From Eledone cirrhosa (lineage: Eukaryota): 64,000 bases of DNA. A program made the translations under genes and the position numbers. The stretch covers positions 19,592,001-19,656,000 of the forward strand of contig OZ024766.1 in NCBI GenBank assembly GCA_964016885.1, written 5' to 3'. The notes beneath the pieces were generated by a model that saw only the letters and a program-made list of their open reading frames with translations, made no database searches and was not told the DNA's origin. Positions 39,593 to 51,800 of the stretch are shown piece after piece (position 1 is the first letter of the stretch; each line of letters begins with the position of its first letter).

Positions 39593-40232
39593 AACGATTT
39601 TTTTTTGACAGAATATAAAGATGTTTTACTTGTAATATTTCTTATATTATATTCCTAAAAATATTCCTTCTTCTATATTTCCCTCAACTGTGATTTCAGT
39701 TAATATTTGAAGATAATACAAACTTATGTTTCACCCAAGTTTAGTTAAAATACAAAATAATCTCACAGTGAAGAAAATAAACTCAGTTCTGAGGAAATAT
39801 TATATAACAATGTTATATAAGTTCTATTTAAAATGTTTTAGTCTTCAAATGATGATAAATAGAGGTGATGTATCCGAGATTGAAAATAATAATTTATCCC
39901 AATGTCATCTGATATTCTGAAATAAGAAAGAAACAGTATGAGATAATAGAGAATACTTTAGAAACAGAGATAGATTTAACATTGGAAATTTTATATTTCT
40001 ATATTGATAAACTGTAGATATCAACTTTCCTGTCCAGAGTAATTCTCTCCAATGTAAGCAGTGATATTCCACGATACTCTATAAATTATATCCTTCTATC
40101 TCCAGAGAGGTCTGCTCTATGGCAGTTTCGCGAAAAATTAATTTTTATAGGACTTTCTAACGTAGCTATCATCTCCTCTTCTGGTGACATGTAAACACCA
40201 GTTTAACATATACATGTATACACACACACATA

Positions 40233-40825
40233 CATCATCATCAACGTTTAACGTCCGTGTTCCACGCTTGCATGGGTTTGGACGGGGGTTTTCCCACTTG
40301 AGGCAAGAGTGGTTGTCTTGCTCGCATAGGACTGTCTGGCGGGTTTTCTACAGTTGGATGCCCTTCCTAACACCAACCACATTTACAGTGTGGGGCTGGG
40401 AGGTTTTTACCGTGTTGCCTACACGGCCACATTACAGCGTGGACTGTCTGGCGGGTTTTCTACAGTTGGATGCCCTTCCTAACACCAACCACATTTACAG
40501 TGTGGGACTGGGAGGTTTTTACCGTGTTGCCTACACGGCCACATTACAGCGTGGACTGTCTGGCGGGTTTTCTACAGCTGGATGCCCTTCCTAACACCAA
40601 CCACATTTACAGTGTGGGTCTGGGAGGTTTTTACCGTGTTGCCTACACGGCCACATTACAGCGTGGGTAGTGTGTTTTTTTGTTGTGACACCTACACGAC
40701 CTCATTTGTTTCGGCCTGGATGTTGTGGCACCAACATAACTTTACATAGAAGGGGGCGGTGTGGATGGGGTGGGGGTGGTGGGACAGGGGTGTATTTTGT
40801 TAGAGATGCCTACTGACTGTAGTAG
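40233..40825 (-). mobile_element. RTE (family C) 3'UTR fragment with a 112-bp internal triplication
   Basis: Reverse complement of 56780-57151; repeat starts at 40329, 40441 and 40553. Confidence 0.8.
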
Positions 40826-41032
40826 GTTCATATATATATATATATATTCATGAGTTAAGCAAAGCAAGACCACAAATTTCCCAAGATCTGCATGAACCCA
40901 GCCACCTAGCTGCTTTCTACTGCATATTGAACACATGCCTTTACGCTTTGGCTTCTAACTAACTCACCAATCTCTCCTCTCATATCTCCATCTCTCTCTT
41001 TAAGATTGGTTACTCTTGAACTGTGTATATAT

Positions 41033-42192
41033 AGAGAAATGAGGCAAGCATGCTCTGTTGGATGTGCAGTGTAAATGTGCGTGAACGACCCAGCATAAAC
41101 GTGTTGAGAGAGAAATTGTGTCTGTGAGGGATAGAATGTAGTGTACGGGAGAGGAGACTGAGGTGGTATGGACATGTGATGTGTTGAGAGAGAAACTGGG
41201 TATAAGAGGGATAAGTTGTGGTGTGTGGGAGAGGAGACTGTGGTGGTATGGACATGTGATGTGTTGAGAGAGAAACTGTGTCTGTGAGGGATAGAATGTA
41301 GTGTACGGGAGAGGAGACTGAGGTGGTATGGACATGTGATGTGTTGAGAGAGAAACTGTGTCTGTGAGGGATAGAATGTAGTGTACGGGAGAGGAGACTG
41401 AGGTGGTATGGACATGTGATGTGTTGAGAGAGAAACACATCACATTCCATACCATCTCAGTCTTCTCTCCCACACACCACAACTTATCCCTCTTATACAC
41501 AGTTTCTCTCTCAACACATCACATGTCCATACCATCTCAGTCTCCTCTCCCACACACCACAACTTATCCCTCTTATACACAGTTTCTCCCTCAACACATC
41601 ACATGTCCATACCACCTCAGTCTTCTCTCCCACACACCACAACTTATCCCTCTTATACACAGTTTCTCTCTCAACACATCACATGTCCATACCATCTCAA
41701 CCCTCTCCCACACACCACAACTTATCCCTCTTATACACAGTTTCTCTCTCAACACATCACATGTCCATACCATCTCAGTCTTCTCTCCCATAAACTACAA
41801 CTTATCCCGCTCAACACATCCATGCTGGGTCGTTCACACACATCCAACGGAGCATGCTTGCCTCATTTCTCTCCAGCCGTTGCATATCCTCTGCAGTTGC
41901 TGCCCATGTCTCACTACCATGCAGCATCGCGCATCTCACACAGGCATCATATAACCGGCCTTTCATACGCAGGGAGAAACCCTTCTTTGTCAACAAAGGA
42001 AGCAGCTCCCTAAACTTCTTCCAACCTGTCCTTATTCTAGATACTATGGCCTCGAAACCCCCCCCCCCTCCCATGCTAATCTGATCTCCTAGGTACCGGA
42101 AGCTATCAACCACTTCCATAGAACTCACCTGCATTGGAAAAATGAGTCTATCACTGCGATTACTACTGGCAACTTTCCCTGTACATCTACTA
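41033..42192. mobile_element. Two convergent RTE-A fragments, each ending in 80-bp tandem repeats (foldback)
   Basis: Plus arm 41033-41435 (repeats at 41101, 41181, 41261, 41341); minus arm 41436-42192 (ORF 41811..42203 with FRYLG..MLRWMC). Confidence 0.85.
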
Positions 42193-42255
42193 CTCTGCCC
42201 CAACCACAGCTTTATTCAGTAACCTGCAGTAATTCCAGTAATTCTATGTCATACA

Positions 42256-42443
42256 ACGGTGAATTGGCAGTATCAGTAGAGGGTCGGACGCCATGTTTTC
42301 CTGCATAGTTACGTCCCTTTACGATCTGAGTTCAAATCTCGCCGAGGTTGACTTTGCCTTTCATCCTTACGGGGTCGATTAAATAAAGTACCAGTAATGC
42401 ACTGGGTAATTGCCGGCCTTGTGCCTAATGTAGAAACAATTAT
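42256..42443 (+). mobile_element. tRNA-derived SINE with a Meta-like central domain
   Basis: B-box GAGTTCAAATC followed by GGTTGACTTTGCCTTTCATCC..GGGGTCGA..AAAGTACCAG. Confidence 0.65.
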
Positions 42444-43066
42444 CTATGTCATACAACTCTAAATCGTCTTCTTTTTCGTCGTACACTTCTTGAAGGGCTT
42501 TGCTAAATTTATATTTTAATGAAAGGTCTTTTAGCTTCCAGACCTTTCTTTTCCACACCTTCCTGTATGTCTCATTCTTTCTCTTGCTTACTGAGATATC
42601 ACTAACAACTAACCTATGCTGTAGGGTACTTGACACCATCTGTCTGTCTCACTGTCTAACTAGCAGGAAGTCTATAGGGCTTATGTGCTCGCCTGGGGGA
42701 ACCATGCTTCGTTGGATGTGCAACGTAAATGTGAGAGGAGGCAAAGCTTGGATGAATTGAGGAAGAAATTGGACTTCAGAGGAAACCGAAGTGGTGTGCA
42801 AGAGAGAAGACTGCTTTGGTAGGGATATGTGATATGCATGGATGGTGATCACTGGTTAAAGAAGTGCCAGGGAATACCAGAAGAGGGAAGCCATAGTAAA
42901 GGTAGACCAAGGAAGACCAGGATAGATGTGGTGAGAGCTGATCTCAAATTGCTGAGACTCACAGAGGAGATAACGAAGGAACAAGCGAGTGGGGGAGATG
43001 TTGTGCTTAAAAGGACCCATCCAACCCATGCCAGGACTGAAAAACGGACGTAAAACTATGATGATG
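42444..43066. mobile_element. Degenerate RTE: inverted APE/linker piece (minus, 42444-42700) joined to a 3' end (plus, 42700-43066)
   Basis: IDFLLVR..QHRLVV..KVWKLKD on minus; MLRWMC..GRPRKT..EKRT* and GAT tail on plus. Confidence 0.7.
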
Positions 43067-43970
43067 TAGATGAAGTAAATTAAATCAAAATAGATTTAGA
43101 CTAAAAAGAACAAAACTTCCCTGCAACAACAACAAGGTACAGCTAAATATAAACTATATTTTATAATGTAAGGTAGTGAACCACATAATTAAATAGACGG
43201 AGGTAATTTAAATAATAAAGACAGTCATAACAATATATTTATATCACATGTAACAGTGGAATCTGGTTAATTACTGGTCGTTGTAGGGGTCACATAATTA
43301 TATTATTTACACACATTAATCTAGACATTAAGTAAATCTTTGTCAACTTACCTCCTTCACATATAATCAATGTGTTGTGCTGTTAGTTGTTACTAAACAA
43401 CCAAAGAAATAATCTCTTTGTTATCAAATTAGAAGTTTCAATGTTATCAGCTTTATTTCACGACATTAACGTTGGTGTATCTTCTTCATCTTTAGTCATA
43501 AATTGATATCTTGTCAGAATGAAGTAGTGAGGCTGACTTTATGTCTTTAGCTACATATTAGATAGGAAATATATATATATTAGGTTGATATGTGGTCTAA
43601 AATATATATATATATTGTCTATAAATGACTGAGAGCAGATGTTCTGGTGAAATAGTAGTTTTACTACTACAGATTGTAATGGAACTCTTAGTAGACACAA
43701 TTGTAAAGTAAGAATAGATATGACAGTGTAGGACTGATGTCGGGGAATTAAACTTGTGTGTGTGTATATATATATAATTGTTACACAAGATATAATTAGA
43801 TTAATTACAGTTATAATGAAGACAGCAGGTACTTGGTGTCGTTGACAATGTTGCAGCTCTCTTACCGGTGTCGTACGTTAAAAGTCCCTGACATAATTTA
43901 TACCTTCAGACACAGTTCCAATCGTATTTAATTTATGGTAAATCAGAAAGTATCACTCAGTAAAATATCG

Positions 43971-44009
<39 letters not shown>

Positions 44010-44215
44010 ATAAGAAAACCTCTACGTAGTCTCTCTAACTGCTAGAAATAGCAGTGATATTATCCATTACAATTTAGTTTTTTATTTAAAACCTCCAAAG
44101 TTTAGTTATACAATCAACAGCAAATCTTTTGTACAGACATCGGAATAAACTGGGAGACCGTCAGAATATCATTCTACTTCTCTCTATCTCTCTATATATA
44201 AATATATATATATAT

Positions 44216-44514
44216 AAACTGTGTATAAGAGGGATAAATTGTTGTATGCGGGAGAGAAGACTGAGGTGGTATGGACATGTGATGTGCATGGAGGATGACC
44301 GATGAGTGAAGAAGTGCCAGGAAATGCCAGTTGAAGGAAGACGTGGTAGAGGTAGACCACGAAAAACATGGGCGGAGGTGGTGAGAACAGACCTCAGATC
44401 GCTGAAGCTCACGGTGGAGATGACGAAGGACCGTGACAAGTGGAGAGATGCTGTGCTGAATAGGACCCGTCCCACCCTTGCAGGCAGGGAAAAGCGGACG
44501 TAAAATGATGATGA
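44216..44514 (+). mobile_element. Short 3' fragment of RTE family A
   Basis: KKCQEMPVEGRRGRGRPRKTW..REKRT* and (GAT)n; near-identical to 17707-18011. Confidence 0.9.
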
Positions 44515-44660
44515 TATATTGTTATACTTGGGGAGGGTCATATTGTTATAATAATAACAGAACACACTCACTGTTTAGTTGGTTTTCGCTTCTGTATCTT
44601 TTATATCTCCATAGTTAATTTATTTGGCAATCAAAGAACTTTAATAGACTGTGTGTGTGT

Positions 44661-44713
<53 letters not shown>

Positions 44714-44714
<1 letters not shown>

Positions 44715-45260
44715 GAAAGGTTGTGAGTTCAATTCTCAGACCGGGTGATGTGTTGTGTCCTTGAGCAAGACACTTTATTTCACATTGCTCCAGTTTACTC
44801 AGCTGTAGAAATGAGATGATAGGGACTGGGGTCCCTATCGTTCCACTGTAAAGTGGTCGTGGAGGTGCCACGGCAAAAAAGCACCCAGCACTCACTGTAG
44901 AGTGGTCGTGGAGGTGCCACGGCAAAAAAGCACCCAGCACTCACTGTAAAGTGGTCGTGGAGGTGCCACGGCAAAAAAGCACCCAGCACTCACTGTAAAG
45001 TGGTCGTGGAGGTGCCACGGCAAAAAAGCACCCAGCCCTCACTGTAAAGTGGTCGTGGAGGTGCCACGGCAAAAAAGCACCCAGCACTCACTGTAAATGA
45101 GGTTGGTGTTAGGAAGGGCATCCAGCTGTAGAAATCAAGCCAGCATCAGTTCCTGTATGAGCAAGGCATGGTCAGCCGACCAGACACTGCCCACAACAGG
45201 ACAACCCGTCTGACCCATGCTAGCGTGGAAGAACGGACGTAAAACGGTGATGATGATGAT
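44714..45260 (+). mobile_element. 5'-truncated CORE-type SINE with about 5 x 49-bp repeats and the long (RTE-B type) tail
   Basis: Same head; tail matches the reverse complement of 34352-34530. Confidence 0.85.
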
Positions 45261-45302
45261 ATATATATACATCCATATATATATATATATATATATACAT
45301 CC

Positions 45303-45333
<31 letters not shown>

Positions 45334-45342
45334 TATATACAT

Positions 45343-45401
<59 letters not shown>

Positions 45402-45522
45402 TATATACATCCATATATATACATATATATATATATATACATCCATATATATACATCCATATATATATATATATATATATACATCCATATATATATATAT
45501 ACATCCATATATATATATATAT

Positions 45523-45621
<99 letters not shown>

Positions 45622-45835
45622 CATATATATATATATATACATCCATATATATATATATATATACATCCATATATATATATATATACATCCATATATATAT
45701 ATATATACATCCATATATATATATATATATACATCCATATATATATATATCCATCCATATATATATATATATATCCATATATATATATATATACATCCAT
45801 ATATATATATATATACATCCATATATATATATACA
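45260..45835. repeat. Interrupted (TA)n microsatellite
   Basis: TA runs punctuated by CATCC. Confidence 0.95.
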
Positions 45836-48800
45836 TACAGTCTGCCTTTCATTCTGAGGGAGAAAGAAGCCTTTTGCAGCTAGCAGTGGCAGTAGCTCCC
45901 TAAACTTCTTCCATCCCGTTCTTACCCTAGTTATTGTACTTTCTGAGCACCCACCTCACTCCCTCTCTCTCTCCCACTCTCTCATATTACACCAGGTCCT
46001 AACACAGAGGAACCAAACCCCCACTGTCACTGCCTCTCTCTCTCTCCCACTCTCTCATATTACACCAGGTCCTAACACAGAGGAACCAAAGCCCCACTGT
46101 CACTGCCTCTCTCTCTCTCCCACTCTCTCATATTACACCAGGTCCTAACACAGAGGAACCAAAGCCCCACTGTCACTGCCTCTCTCTCTCTCCCACTCTC
46201 TCATATTACACCAGGTCCTAACACAGAGGAACCAAAGCCCCACTGTCACTGCCTCTCTCTCTCTCCCACTCTCTCATATTACACCAGGTCCTAACACAGA
46301 GGAACCAAACCCCCACTGTCACTGCCTCTCTCTCTCTCCCACTCTCTCATATTACACCAGGTCCTAACACAGAGGAACCAAAGCCCCACTGTCACTGCCT
46401 CTCTCTCTCTCTCCCACTCTCTCATATTACACCAGGTCCTAACACAGAGGAACCAAACCCCCACTGTCACTGCCTCTCTCTCTCTCCCACTCTCTCATAT
46501 TACACCAGGTCCTAACACAGAGGAACCAAAGCCCCACTGTCACTGCCTCTCTCTCTCTCCCACTCTCTCATATTACACCAGGTCCTAACACAGAGGAACC
46601 AAAGCCCCACTGTCACTGCCTCTCTCTCTCTCCCACTCTCTCATATTACACCAGGTCCTAACACAGAGGAACCAAACCCCCACTGTCACTGCCTCTCTCT
46701 CTCTCCCACTCTCTCATATTACACCAGGTCCTAACACAGAGGAACCAAACCCCCACTGTCACTGCCTCTCTCTCTCCCACTCTCTCATATTACACCAGGT
46801 CCTAACACAGAGGAACCAAAGCCCCACTGTCACTGCCTCTCTCTCTCTCCCACTCTCTCATATTACACCAGGTCCTAACACAGAGGAACCAAAGCCCCAC
46901 TGTCACTGCCTCTCTCTCTCTCCCACTCTCTCATATTACACCAGGTCCTAACACAGAGGAACCAAACCCCCACTGTCACTGCCTCTCTCTCTCCCACTCT
47001 CTCATATTACACCAGGTCCTAACACAGAGGAACCAAACTCCCACTGTCACTGCCTCTCTCTCTCTCCCACTCTCTCATATTACACCAGGTCCTAACACAG
47101 AGGAACCAAAGCCCCACTGTCACTGCCTCTCTCTCTCTCCCACTCTCTCATATTACACCAGGTCCTAACACAGAGGAACCAAACCCCCACTGTCACTGCC
47201 TCTCTCTCTCTCCCACTCTCTCATATTACACCAGGTCCTAACACAGAGGAACCAAACCCCCACTGTCACTGCCTCTCTCTCTCTCCCACTCTCTCATATT
47301 ACACCAGGTCCTAACACAGAGGAACCAAACCCCCACTGTCACTGCCTCTCTCTCTCTCCCACTCTCTCATATTACACCAGGTCCTAACACAGAGGAACCA
47401 AACCCCCACTGTCACTGCCTCTCTCTCTCCCACTCTCTCATATTACACCAGGTCCTAACACAGAGGAACCAAACTCCCACTGTCACTGCCTCTCTCTCTC
47501 TCCCACTCTCTCATATTACACCAGGTCCTAACACAGAGGAACCAAACCCCCACTGTCACTGCCTCTCTCTCTCTCCCACTCTCTCATATTACACCAGGTC
47601 CTAACACAGAGGAACCAAACCCCCACTGTCACTGCCTCTCTCTCTCTCCCACTCTCTCATATTACACCAGGTCCTAACACAGAGGAACCAAACCCCCACT
47701 GTCACTGCCTCTCTCTCTCTCCCACTCTCTCATATTACACCAGGTCCTAACACAGAGGAACCAAACTCCCACTGTCACTGCCTCTCTCTCTCTCCCATTC
47801 TCTCATATTACACCAGGTCCTAACACAGAGGAACCAAACCCCCACTGTCACTGCCTCTCTCTCTCTCCCACTCTCTCATATTACACCAGGTCCTAACACA
47901 GAGGAACCAAACTCCCACTGTCACTGCCTCTCTCTCTCTCCCACTCTCTCATATTACACCAGGTCCTAACACAGAGGAACCAAACCCCCACTGTCACTGC
48001 CTCTCTCTCATATTACACCAGGTCCTAACACAGAGGAACCAAACCCCCACTGTCACTGCCTCTCTCTCTCTCCCACTCTCTCATATTACACCAGGTCCTA
48101 ACACAGAGGAACCAAACCCCCAATGTCACTGCCTCTCTCTCTCTCCCACTCTCTCATATTACACCAGGTCCTAACACAGAGGAACCAAACCCCCACTGTC
48201 ACTGCCTCTCTCTCTCCCACTCTCTCATATTACACCAGGTCCTAACACAGAGGAACCAAAGCCCCACTGTCACTGCCTCTCTCTCATATTACACCAGGTC
48301 CTAACACAGAGGAACCAAACCCCCACTGTCACTGCCTCTCTCTCTCTCCCACTCTCTCATATTACACCAGGTCCTAACACAGAGGAACCAAACCCCCACT
48401 GTCACTGCCTCTCTCTCTCTCCCACTCTCTCATATTACACCAGGTCCTAACACAGAGGAACCAAACCCCCACTGTCACTGCCTCTCTCTCTCTCCCACTC
48501 TCTCATATTACACCAGGTCCTAACACAGAGGAACCAAACCCCCACTGTCACTGCCTCTCTCTCTCTCCCACTCTCTCATATTACACCAGGTCCTAACACA
48601 GAGGAACCAAACCCCCACTGTCACTGCCTCTCTCTCTCTCTCCCACTCTCTCATATTACACCAGGTCCTAACACAGAGGAACCAAACCCCCACTGTCACT
48701 GCCTCTCTCTCTCTCCCACTCTCTCATATTACACCAGGTCCTAACACAGAGGAACCAAAGCCCCACTGTCACTGCCTCTCTCTCTCCCACTCTCTCATAT

Positions 48801-51800
48801 TACACCAGGTCCTAACACAGAGGAACCAAACCCCCACTGTCACTGCCTCTCTCTCTCTCCCACTCTCTCATATTACACCAGGTCCTAACACAGAGGAACC
48901 AAACTCCCACTGTCACTGCCTCTCTCTCTCCCACTCTCTCATATTACACCAGGTCCTAACACAGAGGAACCAAACCCCCACTGTCACTGCCTCTCTCTCT
49001 CTCCCTCTCTCTCATATTACACCAGGTCCTAACACAGAGGAACCAAAGCCCCACTGTCACTGCCTCTCTCTCTCTCCCACTCTCTCATATTACACCAGGT
49101 CCTAACACAGAGGAACCAAACCCCCACTGTCACTGCCTCTCTCTCTCCCACTCTCTCATATTACACCAGGTCCTAACACAGAGGAACCAAACCCCCACTG
49201 TCACTGCCTCTCTCTCTCTCCCACTCTCTCATATTACACCAGGTCCTAACACAGAGGAACCAAACCCCCACTGTCACTGCCTCTCTCTCTCTCTCCCACT
49301 CTCTCATATTACACCAGGTCCTAACACAGAGGAACCAAACCCCCACTGTCACTGCCTCTCTCTCTCCCACTCTCTCATATTACACCAGGTCCTAACACAG
49401 AGGAACCAAAGCCCCACTGTCACTGCCTCTCTCTCTCTCCCACTCTCTCATATTACACCAGGTCCTAACACAGAGGAACCAAACCCCCACTGTCACTGCC
49501 TCTCTCTCTCTCCCACTCTCTCATATTACACCAGGTCCTAACACAGAGGAACCAAAGCCCCACTGTCACTGCCTCTCTCTCTCTCCCACTCTCTCATATT
49601 ACACCAGGTCCTAACACAGAGGAACCAAAGCCCCACTGTCACTGCCTCTCTCTCTCTCCCACTCTCTCATATTACACCAGGTCCTAACACAGAGGAACCA
49701 AAGCCCCACTGTCACTGCCTCTCTCTCTCTCCCACTCTCTCATATTACACCAGGTCCTAACACAGAGGAACCAAACCCCCACTGTCACTGCCTCTCTCTC
49801 TCTCCCACTCTCTCATATTACACCAGGTCCTAACACAGAGGAACCAAACCCCCACTGTCACTGCCTCTCTCTCTCTCCCACTCTCTCATATTACACCAGG
49901 TCCTAACACAGAGGAACCAAAGCCCCACTGTCACTGCCTCTCTCTCTCTCCCACTCTCTCATATTACACCAGGTCCTAACACAGAGGAACCAAACCCCCA
50001 CTGTCACTGCCTCTCTCTCTCTCCCACTCTCTCATATTACACCAGGTCCTAACACAGAGGAACCAAACCCCCACTGTCACTGCCTCTCTCTCTCTCCCAC
50101 TCTCTCATATTACACCAGGTCCTAACACAGAGGAACCAAACCCCCACTGTCACTGCCTCTCTCTCTCTCCCACTCTCTCATATTACACCAGGTCCTAACA
50201 CAGAGGAACCAAACCCCCACTGTCACTGCCTCTCTCTCTCTCCCACTCTCTCATATTACACCAGGTCCTAACACAGAGGAACCAAACCCCCACTGTCACT
50301 GCCTCTCTCTCTCTCCCACTCTCTCATATTACACCAGGTCCTAACACAGAGGAACCAAACCCCCACTGTCACTGCCTCTCTCTCTCCCACTCTCTCATAT
50401 TACACCAGGTCCTAACACAGAGGAACCAAACCCCCACTGTCACTGCCTCTCTCTCTCTCCCACTCTCTCATATTACACCAGGTCCTAACACAGAGGAACC
50501 AAACCCCCACTGTCACTGCCTCTCTCTCTCCCACTCTCTCATATTACACCAGGTCCTAACACAGAGGAACCAAACCCCCACTGTCACTGCCTCTCTCTCT
50601 CTCCCACTCTCTCATATTACACCAGGTCCTAACACAGAGGAACCAAACCCCCACTGTCACTGCCTCTCTCTCTCCCACTCTCTCATATTACACCAGGTCC
50701 TAACACAGAGGAACCAAACCCCCACTGTCACTGCCTCTCTCTCTCTCCCACTCTCTCATATTACACCAGGTCCTAACACAGAGGAACCAAACCCCCACTG
50801 TCACTGCCTCTCTCTCTCTCCCACTCTCTCATATTACACCAGGTCCTAACACAGAGGAACCAAACCCCCACTGTCACTGCCTCTCTCTCTCTCCCACTCT
50901 CTCATATTACACCAGGTCCTAACACAGAGGAACCAAACCCCCACTGTCACTGCCTCTCTCTCTCTCCCACTCTCTCATATTACACCAGGTCCTAACACAG
51001 AGGAACCAAACCCCCACTGTCACTGCCTCTCTCTCTCTCCCACTCTCTCATATTACACCAGGTCCTAACACAGAGGAACCAAACCCCCACTGTCACTGCC
51101 TCTCTCTCTCCCACTCTCTCATATTACACCAGGTCCTAACACAGAGGAACCAAACCCCCACTGTCACTGCCTCTCTCTCTCTCCCACTCTCTCATATTAC
51201 ACCAGGTCCTAACACAGAGGAACCAAACCCCCACTGTCACTGCCTCTCTCTCTCCCACTCTCTCATATTACACCAGGTCCTAACACAGAGGAACCAAACC
51301 CCCACTGTCACTGCCTCTCTCTCTCTCCCACTCTCTCATATTACACCAGGTCCTAACACAGAGGAACCAAACCCCCACTGTCACTGCCTCTCTCTCTCCC
51401 ACTCTCTCATATTACACCAGGTCCTAACACAGAGGAACCAAACCCCCACTGTCACTGCCTCTCTCTCTCTCCCACTCTCTCATATTACACCAGGTCCTAA
51501 CACAGAGGAACCAAAGCCCCACTGTCACTGCCTCTCTCTCTCCCACTCTCTCATATTACACCAGGTCCTAACACAGAGGAACCAAACCCCCACTGTCACT
51601 GCCTCTCTCTCTCTCCCACTCTCTCATATTACACCAGGTCCTAACACAGAGGAACCAAAGCCCCACTGTCACTGCCTCTCTCTCTCTCCCACTCTCTCAT
51701 ATTACACCAGGTCCTAACACAGAGGAACCAAACCCCCACTGTCACTGCCTCTCTCTCTCTCCCACTCTCTCATATTACACCAGGTCCTAACACAGAGGAA

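Noticed and set aside
45135-45903. Long YI-rich ORFs (also at 4414, 12872, 24433 and 55427-56212)
   Set aside because: These are translations of stop-free (TA)n microsatellites.
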